A stretch of 64,000 nt of DNA from Chrysomallon squamiferum (GCA_012295275.1 CM022673.1:4526001-4590000), one strand, 5' to 3'; positions 39,801 to 54,609 are shown, counted from the first letter of the stretch. Numbers and translations are program-made. Notes: a model not told the origin generated them from the letters alone.

Positions 39801-39902
39801 CATTATTTTGATTACAAAATTATCAACATCATCATCAACATCATCATCACCATCATACAATTACTACGAGAAACACCAGGATAACAAATGTCCTAAGTAG
39901 CT

Positions 39903-39917
39903 GTTGTCCCTAGCAAC
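39903..39917. promoter_or_regulatory. X-box-like motif GTTGTCCCTAGCAAC
   Basis: Near-consensus RFX palindrome with a 3-nt spacer. Confidence 0.35.
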
Positions 39918-40299
39918 AGTACCAACAGTATAATAATGTCTTACTTCAATAATGGAGTCTGCATCAAGACCTCTTTCATCATCTTTGTTTGTTCTTTCAG
40001 TTAATTAATTACTCTATGAAATACGCTATATTAATGTCTGGACTGATAATACAAAGATTAGAAGGTTTAATCTACCTCTAAATATAAGAGTAATTATTAA
40101 AAATGGATTCTACAATGAGGATATACGAAGATGGTACTGTAATTAAAATCATGTCGTTGCTTGCTAGATCAACAGTAGTTGGTCAATGATGGTGACGATG
40201 CTGATGTTGCTGCAGATAATAGCTGCAGTGTTGCTGATTATTAATTGTGCATTTTTCTGTGGTTTTTTGTTAAGATTAACATTTTATTTTGTAAACATA

Positions 40300-40685
40300 A
40301 TTTCTGTCCCAATCAGTATGACAGCTCTTGTTTATCAAAGTCTATGCTTTCCTGTTTATAGGAAGGTATATATTAAAGATTCATTGCTGCTAACTAACAA
40401 CGTGCAGCCATTCATGTCATGGGATTTGGTTTAATTCCTAGATGTCCTTAACAAAATGTATGGTGATGTTTAACTTTTGATTAAAAGTAAATTGAGTGCC
40501 AAGTGTATGGGAAGGTGTACATAAAAGATTCTTTGCTGCTAATTAAAAAATAGTCCATCGTATGATGACTGGGTTTCTTTTCTCTGTTTCTGGATGGTCC
40601 TTAACCAAATGGCTAACATAATGTAACTAGATAAAAAATATTTTGCTCAGAGTATCTTTAAAAATAACATTTCTTTCCTTTCTGT
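40300..40685 (+). mobile_element. Two adjacent decayed SINE-like copies
   Basis: ggaaggtatatattaaagattcattgctgctaa (about 40361) and gggaaggtgtacataaaagattctttgctgctaa (about 40509). Each is followed by a gtccttaac motif, and the second ends in an aacatttctttcctttc tail. Confidence 0.62.
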
Positions 40686-42674
40686 TTCATTTTTTTTTTT
40701 CATCCTTTTCTATACAATTACAATTACATTATGTGTGTGTGTGTGTGTGTGTGTTTTTCCATCCAGTTCACTTTGCATGTATCCATTAATATATAAACCC
40801 CTTTATTTTGCTAAATAAAATGAATTCAAAAAAAAATTACCAAAAAAATATATTTTAAAAATTGTATTCTGTTAGTCCATTATGTGTTCTTCAGTACTAT
40901 AATGTTACTGTTTTTTTGTCTGTATGTCTGTACAGGAAATGTAACACAGATACTCCCATACATCTCTGTTGTATTGACATTAGTGTAATAATGTCTTTGT
41001 ATCAGGAAATACCAAAAGTCATAATCATTTTTCTAAACAAAATTTTTTTTTTTATTTTTTTTTTGTTTTGCAAAAACAGTTTTGTGTAATTACTAAATGT
41101 GTAAGGGTAACATGGTGAATTGTGAATATTTAATTTTGAGATTTTGTTTCCTTATTCATTTATTTAAATTAATTATATACTGTCCCACTCACAAACAGTG
41201 TCTACGTGACACACACACACACACACAACTCAGATATACACATTAATCAGCAAGCTAGTTTTTTTTTTGTTAAAACAAATAACTAATTAGTCCTTAACTT
41301 AAATCTGTCCATTCCTTAAGGCTTTATATCAACAACAACAAAAACAAAAAATTAAAAATTAAAAATCCAAGACTCAGAACTCAAATTTGAGTTATCTGAC
41401 TCACATCACTTTATCTTCACATCAGCAGCTGCCATTTGTTACAAAGTCTTGCTGCAGATTTAGAGAAAACATATTTATGTGTAATCTTCCATTCTCTGGT
41501 GTCAGTGAAATGTAGAATATAGATGGATTCATAAATACACAACTAGCTGTGATATGATAAATGTGGACCCTTCCCCCCTCCAACCCTCCCCCTCTGACCC
41601 CCCACCCAAAAAAAGAAGCCCATAAGAATCATCCCTTGATAAACTTTGACGTTAATCGGACATTTTTAATACGGTAATGGGGTGTAATCTTCACTGGGCT
41701 AAAAACGCGAGGGCAAATGATTGCAACATCGTTTTGTCACTGCAGACATGCGAAAAAACCATTTTCATTAACAAGATGGCTGTAAAAATGTGTCAGAAAA
41801 AGAAAGAAAGGATCTGTGAGCTGAGAGACTGTTTTTTTTTAACAGTGCCAGTGTGATTCTGAACACCAGCAAAAATATTCAGACATCAAGGGAAACAAAA
41901 ATGTCTGTCTTTAACCTTCTTCTGATGTGTGTGTTTTTATTAATGAATAGTGTAAACATTTTTTTTTAAATTTAATATTGAATATTAATCAATAAATAAA
42001 ATAAGAATGATAAAATTAATGAACATGTAGGAAACAAACAATTATATATAAAACAAATATTATAATAGTAAGAAGAAAAAGAACAAAAAGAAAATAAGCA
42101 GTTCTAAAATAAACATTGATGATGTCTGATTATTCAAAGCCGTTTAAATATGCAAGAAACAAAAAGGAAACAAATTAATCATGATGAAATGAAAGCAATA
42201 TTGTTGTGGGGGGGTTGTTATTTTTTTAAATAAATAATTAAATAAATGTCAACAGAAGTGATCTGATTTTAGATTCATATTACATTTTTTCTACCAAAAA
42301 AATATGTTTTTTCACCACACAAGAATATAGGCTTAGTTTATATTTCCACAAACCTGCTCCATTTCCATATATATATATATATATATATATCATTTGTACA
42401 AACCTACTCAATACACCTGTAGATTTTACATTTACACATGCACACACACATGCATGCACACACATGCACACGCACACACACACCCAGAAACATGCACAAC
42501 ATATAATAATATGCACAACACTAACAATTAAGATTTTCGCAAAACTGAACCACTTCCAATAACTCCATTTTTACATTTTCACAAAACTGCTCCGTTTTCA
42601 ATAACTCCATTTTTACATTTTCACAAAGCTTTTCACACAAATCATCTGCACTTCAGCACATGCTCTGCTTACAT

Positions 42675-42730
<56 letters not shown>

Positions 42731-43014
42731 CTATACCCTCACACCGTTTACATTTCTCAGGGGATGTTTACTAATGTTGTCAAATTTACATGCTGTTGGT
42801 TTACGTATCCCAGGGTGCATTGTTCCAGACTGTTCTCCCCTCTGTGACGATTGATGGCAGTAAATGAAATCAAATTGCTACCTGTTGACACAGAATTACT
42901 TAATTATATTATTACCACAGCCATTGTTGTTCTATGATATTGATGCTTGCTGTTTGTGTGTGTTGCATCAGGCATTTGTCATATTAAATGAGTGGTACAT
43001 ATTGAAATAAAAAT

Positions 43015-43059
<45 letters not shown>

Positions 43060-46000
43060 GTGTGTGTGTGTGTGTGTGTGTGTAGTACAAACTCCTTGTC
43101 ATATTAAGAAAAAGATAAACATGTATGTTTGTGTGTATATTTGTATTTGTGTCTATGTATGTGTACATTTTTTTTTTTTTTTTAATTCAATACATTTTCA
43201 TATTTAACCAAAAATTTGTTTTGAGCAGTTTTTTGTTTTTTTGGGGGGGTGGGGTTGGTGATCTTAATTATAATAAAAATTTTAATTTAAAAAACATTAA
43301 CCTTTTTTTTACCTAATGTATTACTCAGATTTACTGAACAGATTATTAAAGATTTAAGATAACTCAACCTTTTTTAAATAGAATGAAAAATTCATTTAAT
43401 TTATCTATTATTAATAACTAATACAATCCAAGATGGATTAAGCATGCAAATTGCAATGCCTGTTATATATCGATCATGACAAAAAAATAAATAAATAATA
43501 ACACATAAATTCATTAAGTAGATGGGCCAGTTAGAATCAATAAATTTAACAATGAACAATATTTTTTTTAAATAATAATTATAAATGCATTGGTTTTGAA
43601 GGATGTTTTTAATGAAAAGTTAAATACATTTTTTACAATTTTTTAAATTTTTTTATTGATTTCTGTTTGGAAAGTGTTTAATTTTATTTTATTAGTTGGG
43701 AATGGTTTTACTATTTACTGATTTTTATTTTTTTTATTATTATTATTTTTTTAATGTTTTTTGTGTGTCATTGTGTGTTCATCGTGTGTGTGGATGCAGT
43801 CATGTAGGTATTTGTGCAGAATTAACCTAATAAACAGAATAAAATAAAGAGTAAATAGAAATAAGATTTTTTTTGTATTATTATTATTTAACTTTTAGGT
43901 GCAGAAATGAAGAGTATTAGTTCATAAACCAGTATATATTTTAATATATTTAAATTGTCTTGTTAGACATGATGCTTCCAGATGAAAAAAAAAAGAAAGA
44001 AAGAAAAAAATAGTTCTTTGGTAAGGCATGTTTGAAACAGCTACTTCTGATCAAGATTTCAAAACCCTCTGTAAAGATTGTGATACTGAATCTGAATACA
44101 TGTCAACAATGTCAACTTAAATTGTTTTTTTCTGGATATTAGTTTTTATTTTATTTTTTCAAAAATATAAATCAGAGAGGGCAAAAGAGAATAAAAAATA
44201 AACAAGGAAAGAATAAAAAAAAAAAATAGATGAGAAGTTTGAAAAGTGTCAAATTCATTCTCTCTTTATGAATAATTTTATATAAAATGTTATATATATA
44301 TATTTTTTTTTTCATTACAAATCCAGAGAACAAAGAGAAGATTGAAAATTGAAAAAAGAAATATGATACTTGGCCTTAATGTAAATGTGTATTTTAAGTC
44401 TTTTGTCATTCTTACTGTTGTTAGTTTTTTTTTTTTAAAAAATCGAAAAAGAAAAAGATACAAATAAAAAAAATGAAAAAAAACCCAGTAAGAGGAAGAA
44501 AAACAAAAGGAAGATGGCGATTCTCGTGTACATCTACTTGTTATGGCCGCTCTTCTCCGCTTATTTTTGCTTCGTTTCTCTCTCAGCGTTATTAGAAAAT
44601 GAAATTCTGGCATATTTTTTCAGCGCCCGAGAACCCGTCGTCTCGGAGACTTCCTTTGATCAAATCTTCAGTATGGCTGCCCCCAAGCCATACACAGCTT
44701 GTAGAAGATTATTCCTCTGTGGCGCTAATTACTTTGACATTTTCATCTGGCCTGCCTATAATACAGAGCCCTCTAACGGCCATTGCAGTCTCCACTTGTT
44801 AAAGTTGATATGGTATTAATTAGGAATATTGTGTAAGTTATCCTAAGGATAAGCTTTTAGAAGCATGGTTTTAGCAAGGCCTGCAGGTGCCAAAGTTTTG
44901 TTGGAAGCCGCGAACAGATAATTCTGTTTGGAATCAAGGTAATGGGAATACAGCTTTGCACTGCAGATTTCCTATAATTAAATGTACATTTTGTTTTTCC
45001 CCCATGGTTTTCATCAGCCACTTTCGTCTGTCATTGTTATTAATATGCATACAGTTGTTATGTCTAATATAACGGAGACCTTTGGTTGTCATGGTTTTTA
45101 ATATAATACAGACCCTTGGTTGTCATGGTTATTAATATAATACAGGCCTTAGGTAGTTTCATCTAACATAACACAAACCCATGCATTCAGTATAATGTAA
45201 ACCCATGATTGCCATGGTTATTATTATATTAGAGGCCCTTAATTATTGCGTGTGTTTTTGTCAGTCACTTATTAAAATAAACATTTTCTTTCCCTCTTCC
45301 TGTTGTTTTAATCAGTAACTTTTGTCTTCTTCTTCTTTTTCTTTTTCTTCTTATTATTATTATTATATCTCCTTTCAATCTTATAGCTCTCATTAGCATC
45401 TCAGATTCATAACAGACCACTTATCTCATGCTTCTATCTACTGCAGCTTTTAATATACACTATTTTCTTGTCTTCATTACATTTCTCTTTCTTCAAGTGT
45501 TTGATCACCTGTTTTTGACTTTCGTGGTTTTAATATTCATACTGATTCAAAGACATTCTGTGTTTTAACATACAATTTTGTCTGTTATGAATACTAATGT
45601 ACATACAGACAATGTCTGCTTGCAGTGGAAATTTAAGTCACAGAAATCTTCTTTGATACAGATTAACTGCCATTTGTAGTATTAGTGTATCATTACAAGA
45701 GTGATTTGTTTCATAAATCTGCATTGATCTGAAAACTGGAAAAGTGAAATATATTGGACACTTCTGTCAGAAATTTAGTAGATATATTTATGACAAAGAG
45801 ATTTAGCTATAAATGTTTTAATATATATTTAAGGCATTGAAAACCATTTGCCTGTTAGGTATCTTTGTAGCATATGAATTTATGTACTAAAAATGTTATT
45901 AGTTATCTGTAAAAGAAATTTAGTTATTGTTTTAAATACATTTATAATAGATACAGCTATTTTTTTTATACATATATTTAAACCATTGAAATTTGATTGT

Positions 46001-46114
46001 TATTTATGATATCTTTATGATAAACAAATTTATGTATTGCAATTTTCTTCAGTAGAAATTTTATTATTATCTGATTAAGTGGCCAAAAATGTTTGTGTTT
46101 TGGTGGGGTCTTTT

Positions 46115-46645
46115 TTCAAGGTGCATGAAAATGTAGTCAAACAACATAACATGCAATGTTTTATTCTCCAAAATATTTCCCTTCTATTTCTAAAGTCTTT
46201 TCTCAACAAGATACAAGCTTAAATATGCATCTTTTGTCAAATTCTTTACATTCTGATGAGAAAAGGTTTTGAAGGTCTGACTCAAGCAGTTCCTTGTTAT
46301 GCAGTCTTCTGTTGAGCGTGTGGTTGCCCAAGCACAAGAAAAGATGAAAATTCGTCAGTGACCTGTCAGGGGAATATGACAGATGTGGCAAACTAGGGTG
46401 CTAAGTTTATGTCACATGGGACAAGCAATATTAGGTCACCTTTGTAAATTCATTGTTAGAGGATGCTTCCAGATCCTTCTTGGGTTAACTTTTAGCTGCT
46501 GTTTACTCCCAAATCTGATCATAGTCTGGTGGTGAATAATCTACAGAGTTTCTGTAATACTGACTGTGTTTATGATATGCTGTGGAACAAAGGGTTAAAG
46601 TTAAACTAGTTACCAGAGAATTATGAAAATCACACGCACCTTTTC
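46115..46645 (-). mobile_element. Decayed Tc1/mariner DNA transposon fragment (transposase C-terminus)
   Basis: The minus strand reads PHLSYSPDRSLTNFHLFLCLGNH…LQNLFSSECKEFDKRCIFKLVSC*EKTLEIEGKYFGE*, matching the mariner HPPYSPDLAPSDYHLF…GIxKLxxRWxKxxxxxGxYF terminus. Possible TIR remnants are aaggtgcatg (about 46119) and cacgcacctt (about 46633). Outer limits are approximate. Confidence 0.85.
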
Positions 46646-47540
46646 AGCCACCTTTCTGAATTAATTCTAGGATGACTGTAATTGTTGATTATTGTTGTTA
46701 ACAATTACCCAGTCTTGCAAGAAATTAACAAAAAAATATGCATTTTATTTAATAAATTTTTCAGAAAATCTATATTTTTTCAAATTCTCAGTTGGTCTTA
46801 ATGATAACATGTTGACATTATGGACACTTTTGGAGACATTTAATTAAAAATTTCGACTACCAAATTCACTTACTAATAATTTATTTACTTCTCATATTCC
46901 CTGCTGTTTCCTACTTTCTATTAATACCTCGTCGCAGGTTTCACCTTTTAGCTCTCGGATGGCGCAGCGACGTAAAGAGTTATGAAATTTTGAAATCGTC
47001 CACCACACGAGATAAATGAGAAGCCCAGTGTGGAGAAAATTTAATTTGTTATCCTATTAAATGAATGTGAAAACTCATTTATAAAACTAGGTGTGGGGAG
47101 AGTATTAGTATTAATTATATTAGCAGCATACGTTCATTACTGAACAATGACAACAAAAAGGTGTCATTTACCTTTGTGGCGTGGAACACTGCAGCATTGG
47201 CTGTGATGTCGATGATTGCACGGTGATGTCAGTGTGGGTGATTACAGAGTGTTGTTGCTGCTGCTGTTGTGTAATTTTGCAGCCAGAGTAGGTTATTTTT
47301 GGACTGTGAGTACCACGTTACTTGGAGTCAGATTTGACTCAACAGATAAATTTAGTAGTTGGTAGATAACATCAGTTGGTGTCATTAAAGCAGGGGGGTG
47401 GGGACATTTAAATATGACAGATTCTGTTTTCATGCTGAACAAAAACATATTTAGCTGTCATTTTTGTGTAATCAGGAGATTTAATGTATATTGACTATTT
47501 GATACCCTCCTACATCTTTTATTTTATTTTTATTATTTTT

Positions 47541-47578
<38 letters not shown>

Positions 47579-49033
47579 ATGTTTATGCTTTTTTATTATT
47601 TTTTTTTTTCCCCTGTGTCCTTGGATGTTAGTAGTACTTTTTTTATTTATAGAAAGATAAAATCTAAAAGTAATGCAGTCATACTGTCAAAAATTCCTCA
47701 TTGCAAGATTATGTTTTTAGAAGAAGAAAAAAAAACCTCACTTTTTATCTCAACTGATTGAAAATTCTGTATTTCATGTCTGCATCATGGATAAAAGAAT
47801 TTATTTATAAAATCTTTTTAATGTACTTTCAATTGATCTTACTTTTCTTTATATAAGTTATTTATGATTTCTAGTGTTGTTAATTAAAACTGTAGAGAAG
47901 GGTTTATGTAATAAAAACAATTGTTTAAAGAATAGTTACAGATGAGTTTTTAATAGATTTTGAATGGATGCTGAGTTATGAATATGTTTTTTCTTTTTTG
48001 TTCTAAAGTTTATAATTTGAAAAATTTTTAATTTTGAGAACAGTTGTAAGTTAAATTAATCAAGTTTTTGATTTTACAGATACTGAATTTAAAAATTAAT
48101 AAAAATCAAACAGTATATTACTGCTGACAAATAAAATCATATATTTTTATAAAGTCTGAAAAGCAGCATTGAAATTTGAGTCCTTATATGTATGTAACAA
48201 TATTAAAAAAAAAAGATTATAATTCTAAAAGACAGGTTTTGTTATGTTTTTGTTACAGTTTTATATGTTTGATTTTCATTAAAAACATTTTTTTTTTTAA
48301 CAATGACCTTACTTCATCTCAAGACACAAAAAAAAAGATGAAAAGCTTACACAATAAGAAAGGAAAAGAATGTGCGTCAGTGGGTATTACATCATTGCAT
48401 GTTAAAAGTGAAAACACTGTTGGTGTATTACAAACACTGTATGACACAGACTGCTGTGTATTACACTGTTTTGTGTACAACCTGTAGTTCATATCAAGTT
48501 TACACAACATTCTTATTTACAGAAACAATAAAAGCCAATCACATGATTTATTATGAAGGATGAGGTTTTGGAGATTGATGATTTCTGATTGGTTTTTTTT
48601 CCATTACAATATGTTATATGTTATTTTTATAATCATCATCATTATATTATTGTTACTGCATCTGTCATCATTATCATTTTAATCATTATTTACATCTTTA
48701 TTTCGTTATAACCATTACTGTCATAATTATCATTATTATCTTAATTATTATTACTGATGTTGTTGTTATTATTATTATTATTATTATTATTCCTACAAGA
48801 AAAGGCTCGTATATTTATTCATAGGAATTAATCAGTCTGAAAATATCTGCTTACTTCATAGTAATAAGTACAGTGATATCACACCAAATGATATAAGAGA
48901 TTATTTCACACCTTAATAACACATAAGCTTGTATTGTAACCAGCTAATTACAGATTATCAGTTCTGTAACAGAATCTCAGAATTAATTAATCCTGCAGAC
49001 TATCATATGATGTGTTTATCTCTGTGAATTGAT

Positions 49034-49082
<49 letters not shown>

Positions 49083-49517
49083 GCATACATGCATAAACAC
49101 ACATCTATCAGCATACAACAATACACACATATCTGCATGCATGAATAAAAGTGTATGGTTATGCTGCTTAATAATTGTATCTGTGTAATGTAATAAAATT
49201 ATTTCAAACACAGTATCAGCCTTTTTCTTTTTAAGATGATTTTTTTCCCATTCCGACAAAAGTGATCCTTTTGCTTTCTTTTATTGCTTAACACGATGGT
49301 ATGTGTTCTCCTGTTCTTTTATTACTTTTGTGTATGAAAATTAGCAAACAAGAAATCTCAAGATGAATAATCTGAATAGTTTTGTGTTAGTGGTTTGTTT
49401 ATCTGTCAAAGGAAGTGATAACTATGTTTTGACGTTTCACTGACACGTGACAATCAAAAGTGTTAACACACTTAGTTGTTGCTCATTCTTAATTTTTATT
49501 ATTTTTGTTTCTTCCAG

Positions 49518-49594
49518 TGTTGACGGTGCAAGGATCACCTTCCATGTTCTCCCCAATTCGAAGCTGAATGCCACACAAGTAGCTGAAGAAGCAG
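49518..49594 (+). CDS. PTPRN: IA-2/PTPRN ectodomain exon (77 nt), VDGARITFHVLPNSKLNATQVAEEA
   Basis: Acceptor tttgtttcttccag| and donor CAG|gtatgt, phase 2 to 1. Parallels human VVGPALTFRIRHNEQNLSLADVTQQA and carries an N-glycosylation sequon (NAT) at a similar position. Confidence 0.9.
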
Positions 49595-51398
49595 GTATGT
49601 TGATTTTTTATTTTAATATACCACATCTTTGTGTTGTATATCAGAAATATGTAAATACCAGCAGGTGTGATATGTTCTGAAAACTGCCTCGTTTGAAAAA
49701 ATAAACATTCTTCTGAAGTGGATGTTCACTAAAAAATGTCTTTTTATCAAATTATTTTAGTTTTAAGCATGGATTTAAAATTTGTATACAGTTTTAATGG
49801 CATAAATCAGATTTGGGTTCTGGTTAACATTTTGAGTTAATGCTCTGTTCCACTCAAAAACAGTGTGTATTGACACACAAGTATGCTAATAATATGTAGT
49901 TATTCTTTCAATAAGTAAATAATAATTGTAGTGTAATAAATGTTCCTTACTGAAATCTTCCTTAAAGATCAGTCTTTGTCAAATCATCCAATGGTTTTGA
50001 TCCCATCCCCCTCAGATTTTCCTCTAACTTTGTATTCATGTTCCCTTGTAATAAGATATTTGTAAAATATTTGGTTTCTAATGTTAATGATCATGGTTCA
50101 AATCCATCTCTGTGGAGACTGGGTGAACAATTACATTATTTAAGTCACCATAACTAGCGTATTTCCCAATCTAGATACTGTTCCACAACTGATGTATCAG
50201 AGTCCTAGATTTCAAAAAAAAAAAAAAAGTTTAATAAGTAAATATAACCTTCACAAAAGTAATTGTGAATGTTTTCTCTAGTATGATTGTTACAAAATCA
50301 AACTTGTATATTATTCTTAAAGATTATTGTATTATTTATTTATTATCATTATTGTTATTGTTATCATTATTGTTATTATTTGTTGTCATTGTTGTTACTT
50401 TTTATTTACATGTTTCAGTGTGTTCTTTTAGCTATAAAATATCATTTTCTAAAATGTATATGAATGTTAAATAACACAGATGTTTATACATATATTTGTT
50501 GTCATTGTTTTGATTGTGGTTTTTTTTATTATTTAAATGTATAACTGTGATGTTTTAACCACAGAATAGTATTTTCTAGCATGTTTATGAATGTTAAAGA
50601 TGTTTTATATGTATTTGTTGTCATTGTTTTTTGTTTTTATTTAGATGTATCAATGTGATGTTTTAACCACAAAATGTTGGTAAGCCATTAATTCAGGGCT
50701 TTTAAGGTTTGCATGATAAAACTTGAAAAACTAACTTAGAGAGGTGATGGTTAATTAATTAATCTATTTATTATATTTTTATTGTTATTATAACTATTTA
50801 TTTATTTATTTATTTATTGTATTTTTATTTTTATAATTACTTATTTATTGATTTATTATATTTTTATTGTATATATATTTATGTATTATTATTATTATTT
50901 TATTATTTTTTTATTATCATTATTTATATTGTTATCATTATTGTTATTTGTTTTTATGATTATTAAAATAATTATTTACTAATAAAATCTATTATATTTT
51001 AATTAAAAATAATTGTTTTTTTATTTATTTTGTTAATGTTTTCTTTGGTAAATTCTTTTTTATTAACATTCTTCAATTTCTGTAGATACCTGAAAATCTT
51101 ATTAAATTTAATTCCTTAAATATTATTGATTTACTGCTTTTCAAAATAACAATATAACTTTTAATCTTTCAAAAATTCTATTAATTCACAATAACTGATA
51201 TTTTAATTAAAGAAAAAGACAGACGTTCTTTCAAAGTATTATTAAATTAGACAATCTGTTATGTCAGATGTCACATTTATAAAGATTTAAATTTTTTGTT
51301 TATGTAATCAGCATAAAAAAATATATATATATAAAACTAATTATATATATAAAAAATAACAATTAATTTAAAATTTGCAAAAAAAACTATCTCCAACA

Positions 51399-51559
<161 letters not shown>

Positions 51560-52239
51560 ATAAGAAGACTTAATATGGTGGAGATTAGAATTAATATATA
51601 TAAATATATGTATTGTGTGATAAAAAAATTATAATAATGCATTTTTGAAATTCAGTCCATATAAAAGTCAGTATGAAGACTCATTTTTCTTCTTTTTTTT
51701 AAAATTAAAAATATTAAGACTAAAAATGGAAACTAAAATAAGATTTTCCACTTAAGCAGTAAGCTGTGTCTCTGTGACTGTGACACGTTCCCACTTTGTG
51801 CTCACCCACAACCTTGACAACCCATTTTTACGATGGGTCAACAAAATAATTAAATACTGCTTGAGCATCTGTGAACCAAAATGTATTTCTGAACCTAATT
51901 AGGCTTATTATGTGCAATTTACACCTCTGCAGAATCTTCTAACACTTTTTTTTTTTTTTTCCTGGTTGTGGTTCTGTTTTTCTTTTTCTTTGTCCATATA
52001 CGTAAGGTTCGTGTTTGATAATATGATGTATATCCAGGAAACAAGCGACAGTGTTGTATTGTGTTCTGTGTGAAAACTTGAGACCTGCGAGATTTGACAC
52101 TGGCTAAGTTTTTAGTCTCCCCAGTCTTTTCTTCGGCTGCAGGCTTACTTCTAATGATGCAGAGTCTAAGGCAGGAAAGACCAGCAAGCCCAGAGTCTCC
52201 TCTTCTTTTGTATTTTTAATGAGAGCCAATTTGTGGATA

Positions 52240-52490
52240 GGGCAAGAGAGAAAGAGACAGAGAATGAAAGACAGAGAGAGAATGAGAAAAGAGAGAGGAG
52301 GCAGAGAGAGAGAGACAGAGAGAGAATGAGAGAGGAGAGTTAGAGATGGGAGGGCAAGAGACAGAGAAAATGAAAGATAGAGAGAATAAGAAAAGAGAGA
52401 GGAGAGGGAAAAATGTGGGAAGGAGAAGCAAGAGACAGAAAGAGTAGAAAGAAAGAAAGACTGAGAAAAGACAGAAAGGGAGAGAAAGTG
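52240..52490. repeat. GA-rich low-complexity polypurine tract
   Basis: About 250 bp made almost entirely of A and G on the + strand. Confidence 0.9.
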
Positions 52491-52792
52491 AATGAGTGTG
52501 TCCATGATTTTTCTCGAGGGAGTCGAATAATTCACAGGCAACATCAGGGCGTGGCATAATACACTGACAGTGTGTTCTGTGACAACCAAGATGTCTGTAA
52601 GAATGTCTAACTGTTCAAGTGTTTGAGAAGAATATTTTTAAGAAATTACAAATATATTTTTTCTTCTTACAAAAATGTGTGTGGTTTTGTTTTAAAAAGA
52701 TAACGCTGAAAGAATCTGATGTTATTTTCTCTACCAGTCAAGTAACAAAAAAAAACTTTTTTAAATGTTCTTAGTGAAAATGGTCAGTGCTT

Positions 52793-52806
52793 GTTACCAT
52801 AGCAAC
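52793..52806. promoter_or_regulatory. RFX X-box motif GTTACCATAGCAAC
   Basis: Matches the RFX palindromic consensus GTNRCC-N(0-3)-RGYAAC. Function is not shown. Confidence 0.5.
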
Positions 52807-53413
52807 CAAATCCTTGTTATTCACCACCCAAATTTTGCCATCTTCTTAACAGCAAAACTGAGGTTATTATTTTTTTTTACAATTTCTTTCCCTTTTTGTT
52901 AAAGCATTTAGTTCAAAAACATTAACAATTCAAAAAAAATCAAAATTAAAAATGATGATGATAATGATGATGATAATAATATTGATAAAAATCTTCTAAT
53001 CTTTAAAAATTAAAAAGAAAATGTCTTTCATTCTTCACAGCCATTTTCAATAGTCAACTTCGTTCAATATGAAATTTAAAAAAAACCCAAAACAAATCTT
53101 CAAAAAGATGTTTTTTATTTAATTTATCTGTATCATTTCTGTTACTTCATTTTATATTATTACTTTAACCTCTTTTTTTTAAATTTATTTGGGAACAAGA
53201 AAACATTATAAGATTTAGAGCTTGATAATGTGTTTCATGTATGTTTGTAATTAATACTTGTGTTAGAGAAATCACCATGATTTTGAAAAAATTATTAAAT
53301 AGATGAAAGAACATAAAAAGAGAGAGAGAAATAGTAAATATTTGTTTTAAATGTCACCAAACAGCCATGTTAATATCAGTTCTGAAACTGAAACACCAAT
53401 AGATAGGACAGAC

Positions 53414-53457
<44 letters not shown>

Positions 53458-53522
53458 GAGACATACAAAGACATACAATTTATAAGGTGAGAGATACAAA
53501 TAATTTACATTTTTATATTTAG

Positions 53523-53587
<65 letters not shown>

Positions 53588-54609
53588 GTTGTCTCTCTCT
53601 GTGTATGTAAGCATGTGTGTGTGTGTGTGTGTGTGTGTGTTTTATATATATATATGTTTGTGTGTGTGTATATATATGTTGGTGTGTGTGTGTGTATAAT
53701 TTGATATCTCCAAATATCAGTCTCTTGCTCTTTCTCTCTTATTTTACCACTCTCTATTTCTTCTCTATTTCTCTCAAATTTTAAACAAAAAAAACAACTA
53801 AAAAATTGTTTACTCCATTTGTTATCTGATGAGATTTTAATCCAGCAGTATTTAATAAGATTTTTCTCTTGCCTATGGCAAAACTGCAAAAGTTAAAAAC
53901 CCTATTTGTAGCAGTTGCTTTGTGTGGTTTTTACACGATGTTGACGTAACCATTAAAATATCAGTTTTCAGTGTTAACCAGAAATCACAGTAATACTAGA
54001 ATTATTTTATAGTTATTCAAATATTTCGTAACCAAAATAACAGCAATGCAAATAAGTATAATCATAATAGTCCTAAGGTAATATTTATATACATATTTCA
54101 TATTGTTTAAAGAAAAAAGAAAAAAAGCAAACAATTATGATGATAACAAAATTTGCATTATTTATTAAAATATTACATGAATTAAATGGAATAGGTTGTA
54201 TTTTTGTTGTGTGAAAATATTGTATTATTACTAGTTTTAATATTAATATAATTGAAATAAACTAAAATAAAAAAACTAAGTTTATAATTAAATCTTTTTA
54301 AAAAAGGCATATAAGAAATATATTTTACACCAAATAAAAATATGGAAATATTACTGTTATTGTTGTTAGTTATTGAAATAATATATAACTGTAACAGTCA
54401 GTTTTACAGGTAAATATTGAAAACAATCTCTAAATCGTACCAAAATATGTTCCGTGTATCAGAATTGTTATTTATTTTTGAAAATATATTTCTTTGTTTT
54501 AAGGAATTTTGTTTTTGTTTATTTCATTGGTTAGGTGTTTATTTTTAGTTTATTTGTCTGTTGATTAATTGATTGATTGATTTTTTTTTTTTTTTTTTTT
54601 TTTAAGTTC

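Larger units (their letters stand above)
6809..49594 (+). other. PTPRN: Partial multi-exon gene: IA-2/phogrin (receptor-type tyrosine-protein phosphatase N/N2-like), open at both ends
   Basis: Eight GT-AG exons join without frameshift or stop (intron phases 1,1,1,1,1,1,2,2,1). The N-terminal part matches the RESP18-homology motif and the last three exons match the IA-2 SEA-like ectodomain, by comparison with remembered human IA-2 sequence. Confidence 0.9.

Noticed and set aside
52095-52220. Candidate next IA-2 exon after 49594
   Set aside because: The phase-1 reading from tttag| ends in a stop without a donor and shows no resemblance to the expected end of the ectodomain or the TM segment. 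The next exon is probably beyond 64000.
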